Below, one piece after another: positions 41,988-52,271 of a DNA stretch of 64,000 nt (position 1 is its first letter; each line of letters starts with the position of its first letter). Source of the DNA: Gammaproteobacteria bacterium (GTDB taxonomy: Bacteria; Pseudomonadota; Gammaproteobacteria; JBCCGL01); contig OZ255836.1 of the NCBI GenBank assembly GCA_965277715.1, forward strand, positions 2,592,001 to 2,656,000. The letters run 5' to 3'. Under the pieces are notes generated by a model. It did no database searches. It was not told the DNA's origin and saw nothing but the letters and a program-made list of their open reading frames with translations. The position numbers and the translations under genes are program-made.

Positions 41988-43244
41988 TTAATATTTGACA
42001 GTCATGCCGTCTTGCAGTGAGTAACAGTAGGCACGCCAAGCGGGAATAACGCCAATGAGGCAACCCATAGATAGAAAACAAGCGGCCAATATTGACTCAC
42101 GCGAACCGGGCCAACTCAATGGAATGTTTAGGCCGAACTGTTGTTGCGCAAGTGGTTGTACAATGAGTAGCAGCGAATAAAAAAGTATTACCCCTAGGAT
42201 GAGACCGAAGAGCGTGGTTATAAACGATTCGCTGACCAATAGTAGGAATATTTGATGCCGCTTGACACCAACAGCGCGCAAAATCGCAATCTCACGGCGA
42301 CGTTCGTTCAAGCTTGTTAAGACGCCGGTCAGCAACCCTATAAAGCTGCTCGCTACTACAAATAGCGAAACAGCGAGTAGCGCATTTTCACCCACTGCAA
42401 CCAGGTTCCACAATTCCTGTAGCGCAACCCCGGGTAATACAGCGAGCAGTGGTTCTTTGCTGAATTCGTTTACAGCGCGCTGCATCGTAAATACTTTTAT
42501 CTTTGATTTAAGGCTGAGTAAAAAAGCAGTAATTTGTGTGGGTTGCAAATCCATCGGATGTGCTTCATCAGCATTTCCTGCTTGGGCATTGTGAGTGCCA
42601 GACTGCCAATCGGCATGCATTGCTTCGATACCTTCGAGGCTGACGTGGATAGTACGATCTACCGGAGTGCCGGTTTTACTCAAAATGCCGACGACCTGGA
42701 ATGGCTTATCTTTGTGTCGGGCAAACGCTACGTCAGATAGCCCGTGAGCCAGGGTGATTTTTTCACCCAACTGATAGCCCAATTGAGCTGCTACTTCAGC
42801 CCCAAGCACAGCGTCGAATATATGTTTAAATCTCGCTCCTTGGGAAAAATCCAGGGCTTGCTTATTACCATAAGTGTAATCGGTAAAATAGTTTTCACTG
42901 GTTCCCATTACGCGAAAGCCACGATGTGAATCACCTAGAGAAATTGGAATTGACCATTTTACTGACGAGTGCTTGCTGATTTTCTCGTAACTTTCCCAAG
43001 AAATATTATTGGTTGCGTTACCGATACGAAAAACAGAATACAGTAATAGTTGCACACTGCCGCTGCGTGCGCCAATTAACAGGTCAGCGCCGGAAATAGT
43101 ATTGGTGAAACTACTTCGTGCATCATTTCGCACTTTTTCCACTGCGAGTAACAGTGTTACCGAAAGAGCGATTGAAAAAACGGTTAACAGTAAGGTCCAG
43201 CGTCGGTTAAACATACTGTGCAACGTTAGCAGGATGATGTTCAT
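41988..43244 (-). CDS. ABC transporter permease (FtsX/MacB type, ZrgC-like)
   Basis: PISLGDSHRGFRV.GT and ERRREIAILRA.G motifs. Confidence 0.9.
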   Translation of the reverse strand: MNIILLTLHSMFNRRWTLLLTVFSIALSVTLLLAVEKVRNDARSSFTNTISGADLLIGARSGSVQLLLYSVFRIGNATNNISWESYEKISKHSSVKWSIPISLGDSHRGFRVMGTSENYFTDYTYGNKQALDFSQGARFKHIFDAVLGAEVAAQLGYQLGEKITLAHGLSDVAFARHKDKPFQVVGILSKTGTPVDRTIHVSLEGIEAMHADWQSGTHNAQAGNADEAHPMDLQPTQITAFLLSLKSKIKVFTMQRAVNEFSKEPLLAVLPGVALQELWNLVAVGENALLAVSLFVVASSFIGLLTGVLTSLNERRREIAILRAVGVKRHQIFLLLVSESFITTLFGLILGVILFYSLLLIVQPLAQQQFGLNIPLSWPGSRESILAACFLSMGCLIGVIPAWRAYCYSLQDGMTVKY

Positions 43245-43942
43245 ACAATACCCGCCTGAGCGCGATTGATTTCTGCCAAATCAACCTGCCGATCGAAATA
43301 GTGTGCAAGACTGTTGTCGTGGCTGACGAACAATAGTGCTGCGCCGCTTTCGCTGCATTCACGCATGAGCAACTCAATAAATTGACCGCGACTATCGGTG
43401 TCGAGTGCTGATGTAGGCTCATCCGCAATCACTATACTGGGATGGCCAATCAATGCGCGTGCAGCAGCGACACGCTGCTGCTGGCCAACACTGAGTGCGG
43501 TGATAGGCGAGTGCAATAATTCAGGGTTGTCCAGTCCTAAATGACTCAGTAAACGCGTTGCTTCAACGGGGGCAGCTTGAGCGTTTCCACGCAATTTTCG
43601 TTTGTTGGAAAAACGATAGGGCAAGGTTACGTTGTCCAACACATTCAGGTAGGGGATTAAATTAAACATCTGAAAAATAAACCCAATATTATCAGCGCGA
43701 AATTGATCGCGTTGGCTATGCGACAGTGATGCAAGGTGTGTATCCAATATTTTCACATCACCAGAAACGGGTGTATTAATGCCCGCAACTAAGCTTAGCA
43801 ACGTGGTTTTACCACTGCCGCTCGCTCCGCGTAGAAATAACTTTTCCCCACTATTGAGCGACAGTCGGTCGATATCGATCACCGGCCGACTTGCACCAGG
43901 CCAACGGAAGCGCAAATCGCTGAGTTCGATTGCGTTTTGCAT
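43241..43942 (-). CDS. ABC transporter ATP-binding protein (ZrgB-like)
   Basis: GASGSGKTT, LSVGQQQRV and ADEPT motifs. Confidence 0.93.
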   Translation of the reverse strand: MQNAIELSDLRFRWPGASRPVIDIDRLSLNSGEKLFLRGASGSGKTTLLSLVAGINTPVSGDVKILDTHLASLSHSQRDQFRADNIGFIFQMFNLIPYLNVLDNVTLPYRFSNKRKLRGNAQAAPVEATRLLSHLGLDNPELLHSPITALSVGQQQRVAAARALIGHPSIVIADEPTSALDTDSRGQFIELLMRECSESGAALLFVSHDNSLAHYFDRQVDLAEINRAQAGIV

Positions 43943-43947
43943 TATGG

Positions 43948-44478
43948 CTAGGGGAGTTCTACGCGGGTATTTTCCGCACCAAGCTCGACAATCGATTGAC
44001 CCTTGTCACTCACCACTTGAACGTCGATTTCTTCAATGCCGGGGAAGTGTTTGAACAAATTGATGTCAATACTGACAAGTGCGTGAGGTGTGTTGCATGT
44101 GTAGCTGTACTTTGTGTGAAACTCACTGTGTTCCTCATGTCCTCCATGTTCTTCGAGAAGCGAAGACTCGACCACTGAAGATTGAAGTGCGCACTCTGCT
44201 GGCGATGGTAACTGAAATAGCCTGTCGGGGGTTCCCAGTAATTTTTCTGCCGACCTAAGAGTGGCCCGGTCGGCATCAGCTTCGGCGGTGTGCTCAAAGC
44301 CGAGGATATTTACAGCAGGTGATTGCATGGCAATTTCCAGGTTTTTGTCGTCAATTGCAATTTGAAGCAGTACATGACCATGCTCGTGAGCGCTATGCTC
44401 GCGCTCGGTCGCGGCCAAGGCTACGGGTAGTAGCAACGCACAACTCAACGCCGTTGCGCGCATAAAAACAGTTTTCAT
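43948..44478 (-). CDS. zrgA: DUF2796 periplasmic zinc-binding protein (ZrgA-like)
   Basis: Signal peptide; AHEHG, SPA.NI.GFEH, His-rich loop and Y...C motifs. Confidence 0.85.
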   Translation of the reverse strand: MKTVFMRATALSCALLLPVALAATEREHSAHEHGHVLLQIAIDDKNLEIAMQSPAVNILGFEHTAEADADRATLRSAEKLLGTPDRLFQLPSPAECALQSSVVESSLLEEHGGHEEHSEFHTKYSYTCNTPHALVSIDINLFKHFPGIEEIDVQVVSDKGQSIVELGAENTRVELP

Positions 44479-44531
44479 TGGGTAGAACTCCTGAAAAGTA
44501 AGCGATTAGTTTGTTAGTGGTGCGTTACTGT

Positions 44532-44894
44532 TCAGGAAACGGGAGGCCCCCGACTACGGTGAGTTATTGCTTTTTCACGGATGAAATAGGTATCGGGTGA
44601 TCGGAGAAACGTCTGTTCAGGGGCGTGTTCCTGGAAGGCGGTGGCCGTTTGTACAGCGTCACCCATAAAACCAAATTGGCACTTACCGCAGAGTTCATTG
44701 TCGTGTTCGCTGAGATGGTCGGTTTTTGACGAAGACAGGTCATTAATATGCAGCACAGCATCAGCTAAGTGGTTGACGGAATTTTCGAAGCTATGCGTCG
44801 TCGTGTGCGCAGGTTGCAGAAACGCACACAGCAACAACAGCAGTAAAAAAATATGCTGGAGTGAAATGCGATTGGTGTGGCGTGAGAACATCAT
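44532..44894 (-). CDS. Small His-rich CxxC protein (DUF2946/DUF2607-like) heading the zinc operon
   Basis: Hydrophobic N-terminus, His residues, CGKC, C-terminal RGPP. Confidence 0.6.
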   Translation of the reverse strand: MMFSRHTNRISLQHIFLLLLLLCAFLQPAHTTTHSFENSVNHLADAVLHINDLSSSKTDHLSEHDNELCGKCQFGFMGDAVQTATAFQEHAPEQTFLRSPDTYFIREKAITHRSRGPPVS

Positions 44895-45215
44895 TGGATT
44901 GTAGCGTGTATTTTGTGGTCAGCAAGTTACCAATTTCGGATGCGATCAACTATCCACTGGCGACGGCGCTCATAGTCGTGTAGAGGCATCCTTTGATTTT
45001 GCAGGGAACTGCGCAGCCAGCAGCGCACGGTAGTCGTCGAGTTTGGTGCGATGCCGCTACCCAATGCGCCGCAAGGTGTGCGCACGGATTTTGTCGCTTT
45101 CGACCAGGTTTGTCGCGGCCAGAATCAACGGGGCTAACGTGTGATTTACCAATCTTCTGTTGTACAAACCAGTCTTTTTTAAACATATTCTTATCGTAGT
45201 AGCATCACTGCGTTA

Positions 45216-45238
45216 TAACGGTAATGTGGTAACACAAA
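45216..45238. promoter_or_regulatory. Candidate Zur box
   Basis: Minus strand TGTTA-ccaca-TTACC resembles TGTTA-N5-TAACA and lies upstream of a zinc-uptake operon. Confidence 0.4.
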
Positions 45239-45373
45239 TTTCTACTGAAAATATTTTTTAAAAAAAATTAAATATATTTTAATCTTTTTATTTCGATTTT
45301 ATGTGGTTTAATTTATAGCGTTCAATATGATACTTGATCTCTTTATTCCCGCTAATGCCAACTTAATCGAGCG

Positions 45374-46528
45374 CTATTTCTGCCTATAAAAAACCACCTT
45401 AAATTCCTCGCCACTTTTATCATTAAAAAACTCAGTCGCCTTATGGTGTTTTTCGATACGTTTAATGCCGCTGCCCATACCTGAATACGGCAAAAGCTTG
45501 ATCGCGTGAGACACCAATATAGGATTGCGGATAACCGAGTTGCCATAGCGAATATTTTCCACGGTGAGATGGTTAGGCAAGCTGCCGGGGCTGACCAACT
45601 CAAGCCTGTCTTGAAACAAGAGCAGGCGGATCACCGCACGCTTGCCATAGTCGCGGTGCAGCAGCGCGTTGACAATCGCCTCTTGCAACGCAGTCTCAGA
45701 GATCTCTAGCTCAGGCTGCGCATTAAAGCCGGGGGTTGATGGTTTTTGGCGCAGATGGCTTTTCAAAAATGCCATCGCACCCTGATAAACCAACAGTATA
45801 TTGCCTACCATATCGGCCCGCGACATATAGCGGTCATCGGCAATATCGTTACCGTAAAAGCTGACCGCGCGAATCAAGCAGTCCGGCGAATACGTCTGGG
45901 GTTGGCGGGCAAACAATAACAACCCGGCCAGATTAAAGTACTCACCTTTGGCCAGGTTCATATTATTCAGTAGCTGCTGCTCGCTAAGGTCTAGCTCCGC
46001 CAGGCTATCGCCAGTGGTTTGATCCAAAAATGCACTAAACATCACCTTATCCAGGCTGTCTGCAATAGCCGCCTGGCTAAGCCCCTCATCGATGTTGATA
46101 CGTGCATATTGTTGCAGCATCCGCTCCAATTCGGGCGGTGTCATCAGTTGTTTGCTGGTGGCGACCCGCAGCCAATACTTGCCGTCCCGGGTCATATGCG
46201 GTTTGTTATTGCTCGCCTGGATGCGCAGCACAATAATCGTCTTGCCTTGATAGTGAATAGCCTGGATATCCGGCTGCAAGGGCGCGATGACTTTATCGCG
46301 GGCAATACTGGCGATTCGCTGCTTGGTCTCTTCCAGCTTTTCGGGGGCAATGCCGATAACACCTTTGCCTTTATCTTCAATATCCAACAAAACCCAGCCA
46401 CCGCACGCATTGGCAAAGGCTGTCATCTCGGCGGCGAATTCCAACTCTTTTTTGGGCAGCGCTTGCTTAAATTCGTAAAACGAATCTTCCCCTGTGTGTA
46501 AAATATCGTCCAGACTGCGCTCAAGCAT
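45374..46528 (-). CDS. Schlafen/AlbA_2 domain + HATPase_c_4 (RecG C-terminal-like) protein
   Basis: GE....EFK, AFANA.GG, EAIVNALLHRDY, SPGSL, RNP and GSGI motifs. Confidence 0.9.
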   Translation of the reverse strand: MLERSLDDILHTGEDSFYEFKQALPKKELEFAAEMTAFANACGGWVLLDIEDKGKGVIGIAPEKLEETKQRIASIARDKVIAPLQPDIQAIHYQGKTIIVLRIQASNNKPHMTRDGKYWLRVATSKQLMTPPELERMLQQYARINIDEGLSQAAIADSLDKVMFSAFLDQTTGDSLAELDLSEQQLLNNMNLAKGEYFNLAGLLLFARQPQTYSPDCLIRAVSFYGNDIADDRYMSRADMVGNILLVYQGAMAFLKSHLRQKPSTPGFNAQPELEISETALQEAIVNALLHRDYGKRAVIRLLLFQDRLELVSPGSLPNHLTVENIRYGNSVIRNPILVSHAIKLLPYSGMGSGIKRIEKHHKATEFFNDKSGEEFKVVFYRQK

Positions 46529-49082
46529 GGTTAAAAAACCTCAATAAAGCCTCGATAGGCGGCCTTGCTTTACCGGCCAAATCAAACACCTTTTCCATCT
46601 TCGGTGCCAACGCCAGCACATCATTCAACATACCAAGGTAGCCTTTACGGGTAAATTCGGTTTTATCTTTGCACTGGCGCATCGCATCCAGCGATTCTAC
46701 TACCTCTTGTAGGGTCGCCTGCTGCTCCTGATTGGCTTTTCGCAGCGCTCGATTCAGCACACCTTCTAGCTCATCCAGCGTATTTTGGATGTTCACCTCA
46801 ACGTTGATATTCGCCTCGACCTGGGCATTGCTAGTGGTGGTATTGATATTGTGAACATGCAGGTGCATACCACCACCTGAAAGAAAATGCCCACCCTTCA
46901 TATAAACAGGCAGCGGCGGGTTTCTCCGCATGCCGATTTCCTCCGGCGTTGCGATTTTCGCCAACTCTGCGCGCACATTAAAATCCTGATTCAATTGCGG
47001 TACAAAATAATCCTGCTTGCCCGCATTATCACAAGCCAGCAATGCGTTAAAGTCCAGGCTTTGCTGGCGATCATCGCCCAGCATCAAGCGCTCGCTCCAC
47101 TCCAGCTCGGCGAAAAAGCTGTTGATATCACGAATCTCATCGCGCACGGCCAGCCAGTCTTCCTTCGGTTGTCGCGCGATCACCCAAATATCGATACAGC
47201 GTTCGCGCTTATTCGCCTGCACCATTACACGCGCACTGCTGTGCCGGTTTTTCAGGCGAATACCGGCATTCCAGAAGTCATTATCCTCGGCCTCGTACAC
47301 CTTTGAGTTCAACATACGCACAATCAGGCGGTGAATAATGCCCACTGGCAGGCTGTCTTTATAGGCCAGGTAATAATGTGCGCTGGCCTGCTCGCGGTAC
47401 TCCTTGTAGGAGGGCAGCTTGGGGTCGGCCTGCAAAGCGGCGGGAATCAAAATCGCCTTATTGTCTTGCGTATAGCACAGCTCAAACTTCTTCATCAGCG
47501 CCAGCAAATAGCGGTAGTGCTCGGCCTCGTAACGAAAATCGTCTTTGTCTACCGGGGCGAGAATCTGCGGAAAGTTATCGATGGATAGCTGCCCTTTAAG
47601 CTGAGCGGTAATATGCGAGGTAAGCAGTTTATACACCCCGTCTGTCAGCCATAGCGGGTTGAGAATTTGCAGGTGTTTTAGGTCTTTATCGTCAAAATAG
47701 CAAATCGCGCCGAGGTCGTTGAGGTATTGAATCAAGGCTTTTTGGTTCTCTGCATCGCTTTCCTCTGCCTCTTCGCAAATGAGCGTAAAGGTGCGGTAGC
47801 TAATCCAGTTTTTCCCGGCGCTGGTTTGCGCCTCCAACTGCTGCTTAACGGTAAACCAGCTATTAGGGAAAGGCCTGGAAACCAGTTCCAGGTTCTTTAT
47901 CTGTGTTTTAAGCGCAACGGTAAAGTCCTCAATACCCCCACCGCTGTGGCAGGAGAGCGCATAAAAACCACAGATCGCCGGGTAGCGATCTCGCAGTTGC
48001 TTCTCGGCCAGATCACCTCCGGGGTTTTGGTCGATTTTGTTGCGCACCACCATAATCGGTGAATCACCGCCCAGGCTGCGGATATGCTCCAGCCAGTACT
48101 CTGGCTCTTCCTCCTTGCGGCCGTCCAGCACCAGCACGTACAGGCTGCGCTCGGTCATAAAAAACTTATGCGCGGAGAGCTGAATCTCCTGGCCGCCAAA
48201 GTCCCAGATATTGGTGCGAATAGCGCCAACATACCAGGCCTGCTGGTGCACACCCAGCGTACTGGCCTGCTGTTCGCTATAGGTATTAAACACCACCCGG
48301 TTGCACAGGCTGGTTTTACCCGCGCCGCCATCACCCACCAGAATAAGCTTGGCCTCGTTTAGCGGGCGGCTGCCGGTTTGGCGGTTGGCGTGCAGCCAGG
48401 CGATGGCGGCTTTTGCGCCTTGCCGCCGGGTATCATTTGGGATTGTGGCCCTTAGCTTTAACTCTTCCAGGTTTTCCAGTTCCCCACTAAAGCGTTTTCG
48501 GCAAGGCTCCACCCAGTCGTGCAGGCCAATATCGCTAAGCGCCTTTAAGAAATTGTGGATAGCGGGCTGCCAATTTTCAGGCTCAGCGTTATGCCATAGC
48601 GTGTGTTCGTAGGCGTTATTGTTGGGGAGAAAAAGCAGCTCTTGCTCTAGCAAGGTATTTAGTGTCTGTTCACTTAGTCCAATGGAGCGAGCGGCGGTGA
48701 CGGCGGCGTAGGCGGCGTAGGCGGTGGCGGCGGCGTAGGCGGCGGCGTAGGTGGCGGCGTAGGTGGCGGTGGCGGCGTAGGCGGCGGCGTAGGCGGCGGC
48801 GTCGGCGGCAGCGTCGGCGGCGGCGTCGGCGTAGACGTCGGTGGCGGTTGTATTATTATAATCCTTCAACAAAAAATGCACACGATCCACAGCAAAAATT
48901 ACTGCAAGGGCATGGCCTGCTCGTTCCTCTTCCTCCCAAAAATCAAAATGCCCTTCCCTGCCCAACATCGGCAAGCTACGCAGCGCCATCCGCCACGCGA
49001 ACGCCACGCGCTGCTCTCTATTCAGGGTTTTTCTCAGTCGTTTTGCCAAGGCTTCTCTATCAATCACGCGTTGCCACCTCAC
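46521..49082 (-). CDS. Roc-COR (Roco) GTPase with Ala-rich N-terminal domain, no LRRs
   Basis: GDGGAGKTS, WDFGGQE and NKID G-motifs; COR signature LNDLG...YF...ILNP.WL..GVYK. Confidence 0.9.
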   Translation of the reverse strand: MRWQRVIDREALAKRLRKTLNREQRVAFAWRMALRSLPMLGREGHFDFWEEEERAGHALAVIFAVDRVHFLLKDYNNTTATDVYADAAADAAADAAAYAAAYAATATYAATYAAAYAAATAYAAYAAVTAARSIGLSEQTLNTLLEQELLFLPNNNAYEHTLWHNAEPENWQPAIHNFLKALSDIGLHDWVEPCRKRFSGELENLEELKLRATIPNDTRRQGAKAAIAWLHANRQTGSRPLNEAKLILVGDGGAGKTSLCNRVVFNTYSEQQASTLGVHQQAWYVGAIRTNIWDFGGQEIQLSAHKFFMTERSLYVLVLDGRKEEEPEYWLEHIRSLGGDSPIMVVRNKIDQNPGGDLAEKQLRDRYPAICGFYALSCHSGGGIEDFTVALKTQIKNLELVSRPFPNSWFTVKQQLEAQTSAGKNWISYRTFTLICEEAEESDAENQKALIQYLNDLGAICYFDDKDLKHLQILNPLWLTDGVYKLLTSHITAQLKGQLSIDNFPQILAPVDKDDFRYEAEHYRYLLALMKKFELCYTQDNKAILIPAALQADPKLPSYKEYREQASAHYYLAYKDSLPVGIIHRLIVRMLNSKVYEAEDNDFWNAGIRLKNRHSSARVMVQANKRERCIDIWVIARQPKEDWLAVRDEIRDINSFFAELEWSERLMLGDDRQQSLDFNALLACDNAGKQDYFVPQLNQDFNVRAELAKIATPEEIGMRRNPPLPVYMKGGHFLSGGGMHLHVHNINTTTSNAQVEANINVEVNIQNTLDELEGVLNRALRKANQEQQATLQEVVESLDAMRQCKDKTEFTRKGYLGMLNDVLALAPKMEKVFDLAGKARPPIEALLRFFNHA
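48166..48197 (-). other. Protospacer identical to CRISPR spacer 3059-3090
   Basis: ttatgcgcggagagctgaatctcctggccgcc occurs at both loci (32/32). Confidence 0.97.
48690..48847. repeat. Degenerate 9/12-bp tandem repeat encoding (A/D/T)AAYA
   Basis: ggcggcgta(g)/ggcggcggcgta units inside the Roc-COR gene. Confidence 0.85.
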
Positions 49083-49109
49083 TAGCGGTTCACCCGCCGG
49101 GTTTTATCG

Positions 49110-49991
49110 TTATTCACTAATACCCGAAATTTCATCCATACAACTTTGCTCGATTACCGTGTGCAGCTTTTTTACACACGGCATTAACTGTAGCACTTGC
49201 TCACCGCTTATCTTATAGCTTTTATCATAGCGGGCGCCGATATAGGCGTAGTCGAGCAGCTCGAACAGTTCCTGCTGCGCATCGGTCTCGCGCGGCAGTA
49301 TATTGCTTAGCGCCGGACAATAGTCGATGGCTAAATCCCCTAGCGTATCGAGGTGGTGTTCTTGCGGGGATTCACCGGCAAATACCAATAAAACGGCTTT
49401 GTAGGCATGTTCACAGGCTTGATGAAGTTCAAATGCAGATTTTTTATAACTATCTCTGTTGAAAGCATTATCCGCATCAATAAGAAACTCCTTTGCGCTG
49501 GAAAATGTTTCGGTAAAGTCAGCTTGGGCGATGCGCTTTGACTCCGTTGGATCCAGTTCCCGCTTATCACCCAGTTCCACGTTACCACTGTTGTATAGCT
49601 GTATGCCTTGACCCAAAATTTCTGTAAAGAAATACTGCCCCTCATAAAGTTTGTAATTAACAAAATCAATATCGCGGGGAATAATGCGCAAGTAAGTGCT
49701 TAACCCCCCCTGCTCACACACTTGCTTGATATGCTGCCAAAGCCTGGTGTCCTGGGCGGTGTATTCATGCCGGGTAATGGCGAGGATGTCGTAGTCGCTT
49801 TTTTTGTGGATGGTCAGCCGACCGCGCCCTTGCTGGTGTGGGCCGTCTTTCCAGTCACCGCGCGCGTAAGAGCCAAACAGCAATACCATCTCGACGCTAT
49901 CGCATTCCTGGCAAATAGTCGCGGCGATGCGCTTTAGCTCGTTTTGTTTTTTTTCCGGTAAATGGCTAATGCTGTGATTCATGGCGGGCAA
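49110..49991 (-). CDS. Fused nucleotidyltransferase (MNT)-HEPN protein
   Basis: LFGSYARG and SDYDIL motifs; AFELHQACE, H.L..L and AYIGARY motifs. Confidence 0.9.
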   Translation of the reverse strand: MPAMNHSISHLPEKKQNELKRIAATICQECDSVEMVLLFGSYARGDWKDGPHQQGRGRLTIHKKSDYDILAITRHEYTAQDTRLWQHIKQVCEQGGLSTYLRIIPRDIDFVNYKLYEGQYFFTEILGQGIQLYNSGNVELGDKRELDPTESKRIAQADFTETFSSAKEFLIDADNAFNRDSYKKSAFELHQACEHAYKAVLLVFAGESPQEHHLDTLGDLAIDYCPALSNILPRETDAQQELFELLDYAYIGARYDKSYKISGEQVLQLMPCVKKLHTVIEQSCMDEISGISE

Positions 49992-50133
49992 TATACCGAA
50001 AGGGGGTGAAGCGCTTCAAGCGCTACTTATCGGGATCGATAAAGAATGATGACAGCAGTCGCTATCTTTAAACAAATTTTTATTCAAAAAAGAAAGAGAA
50101 TTGAGTGTACTTCATTTTATTCAAAGCAATACG

Positions 50134-50164
50134 GTAGGGCGCAATAACCAACGGGCATTGCACC
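50134..50164 (+). repeat. GTAG-family REP-like palindrome
   Basis: GTAG-GGCGCAAT...ATTGCACC; a single copy was seen. Confidence 0.45.
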
Positions 50165-50820
50165 GAACGACGTCAACAATTTTCCAATTGATAAATAGTC
50201 AGTTTTGTTAGGAAGGCAGTAAAAAGTGCCTGTCCCTTCTCTCTCCTTTCCTCGATTGGACAGGGCGCTCCATGCGTGACGATAAACTTGGTCATATCCA
50301 TGCTGCGCTACCGCCGATACTCAAGCGTCTGGGTATTCTTGTGGATCAATGGGTCAGCGATAGCCAACAATTTGAGGTGGTTTACCGACGGCGATTCAAT
50401 CGCGCTGTGCCAACATCGAACACCGGATAGCTTCCCGCCCCCTCCTTCACTGAATTTCAAGCGCCGTATCGTGCGGGGACGGTTGACTTTGGCCTGAATT
50501 CAACAAAATGTTGGGGTAACATCTGGTTCCATCGAACTTTTCAGTTTTTAGCTGCGTTTTCGTGTTTCCAGCGTCATGCGAGTAACCGCCATCGCTCGTC
50601 AGTTGGACATATTTTGAAAAGGGGGTGTCCTTTTAGCTTTGACGCTGTTGGATTTGATCAATCAGAAAGGCCAACATCATCAGATGCATGAGCACCGTCG
50701 CTAGGAGCCTGTCGGATTCAGGACTGCTCTACTGCGAAAAACAACGCGTGCTGAACCACGCCAAAAAATCCTTTGTGATGGGTTGGGGGTTTCAGCGAAC
50801 CCAGGGGGAACGTTACAGAC

Positions 50821-50934
50821 GATAGAGAACAATCCAATCGTAGTAAGCACGCTCAATATGAATAGAATAACGGAGGCGTCTCATGAGATCACGCACTTCT
50901 GTAGCAGTTTTTTGTCCTTTGTTGGAGTTGACAT
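50821..50934 (-). pseudogene. 5' remnant of a second integron integrase
   Basis: MSTPTKDKKLL/TEVRDLMRRLRYSIHIERAYYDWI (frameshifted); homologous to the sequence from 62257 onward. Confidence 0.75.
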
Positions 50935-50987
50935 ACTTGCCTGATTTCCTGGATACTAATTGTTATACTCCTATTTCGGTGCGCCAC

Positions 50988-51965
50988 TTATCCCCGTTCA
51001 AGTAAACTACTGAGTGGGCTTTTAACGCCCTGAGCACCTTGTTTGAGAACATGGGTATAAATTTCAGTTGTTTTTACGTCGCTGTGGCCAAGTTGTTGTT
51101 GTACAGTACGTATGTCAGCGCCGCTTTGTAGTAAATGCGTAGCAAAAGAATGTCGTAATGTGTGTGATGAAACTGGCTTAACAATGTCGGCCTTTTTCCT
51201 TGCGCTTGCAATTACCTTATTAATGGACGACTCATCAATGTGGTGACGTCTGACGTTGTTGGAAACTGGATCAACGCTCAATTTTTGCGATGGAAAAAGA
51301 TACTGCCAACCAAGCGTTTTATTCGCCATTTTATATTTTCGACTCAAGGCATCGGGCATCCAAACACCTGCATAAACAAAATTCGTCAGATCTTCCTCTA
51401 AAAGCAACCGTACTCTTTCAATTTGCCTGGTTAACGCCGACACCAGCTCCGGGGCTAAAGTGGTAAATCTGTGTTTGCGGCCCTTGCCATTCCAGATACG
51501 AAGCTGTAACAAATCCATATCAACATCGTGTACGCGTAAACGTACAGATTCCATGCGACGTAACCCAGACCCATATAGGATACCGATTATTAGTTTGTAT
51601 TTAGGGTCAACATGTTTAAGTAGACGGCTGACTTCACTTTGTATAAGCACCACGGGTAGTTTTGCCTGGCGACTTGCACGTTTAAATTCCACCATTTCTC
51701 CCAAGGGCTGTTCGAGAAAGCGGTTGTACAAAAATGCCAGCGCATTCAGCGCTACCTGCTGCGTGCCAATAGCAACCGTGCGGTTGATGGCCAAGTGCGA
51801 CAAAAAACGGACGACATCTTGCTCCCCCATTTCCTGAGGGTGTCGGTTGTGGTGGAAACGAATATAGGAACGAATCCAGGTGATATAAGCCGAGATTGTG
51901 CGCTTACTGTAATACCGCACCAACATGAACTCGTAAATAGACTGCAAAAAGGGCGACTTGTACAC
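50988..51965 (-). CDS. intI: Integron integrase
   Basis: [24 protein letters not shown] and TEIYTH tyrosine recombinase motifs, plus the integron-specific insert (VWMPDAL.RKY...WQYLFPS...RRHH). Confidence 0.96.
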   Translation of the reverse strand: MYKSPFLQSIYEFMLVRYYSKRTISAYITWIRSYIRFHHNRHPQEMGEQDVVRFLSHLAINRTVAIGTQQVALNALAFLYNRFLEQPLGEMVEFKRASRQAKLPVVLIQSEVSRLLKHVDPKYKLIIGILYGSGLRRMESVRLRVHDVDMDLLQLRIWNGKGRKHRFTTLAPELVSALTRQIERVRLLLEEDLTNFVYAGVWMPDALSRKYKMANKTLGWQYLFPSQKLSVDPVSNNVRRHHIDESSINKVIASARKKADIVKPVSSHTLRHSFATHLLQSGADIRTVQQQLGHSDVKTTEIYTHVLKQGAQGVKSPLSSLLERG

Positions 51966-52129
51966 GTATAAATCCTTGTAAAGCAGAGAGTGTTATATGA
52001 TAATCCAAAACCAAAGGTTTAGGGAGTCGTTCCAGCATTTTTTTGTCTGTTATTTGCGATTTTCGTAGGGTTTTGTCATATTAATCAATATTTTAGTGTG
52101 TCTTTGTGAACTCAGTCTCGCGAAATTAT

Positions 52130-52187
52130 CGCGATTCCACATAATATTGTTATCGAGGATTCGTTCCTCGATAACAGGCTGTTAGGT
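52130..52187 (+). other. attI site (core GTTAGGT at 52181-52187)
   Basis: Divergent from intI. GTTAGGT is the exact complement of ACCTAAC in the first attC. Confidence 0.75.
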
Positions 52188-52271
52188 TTTCATTCGGCAC
52201 AATGGATCCCTAGTACATAAAACCAGTGCCAAATACTCCAGGAGATAGAGATACAAAGTAATTTTAACGAT

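Noticed and set aside
50700-50760. Possible IS end (CTAGGAGCCTGTCGGA)
   Set aside because: No partner end or transposase is visible.
51966-52130. LexA box upstream of intI
   Set aside because: No CTGT-N8-ACAG match seen.
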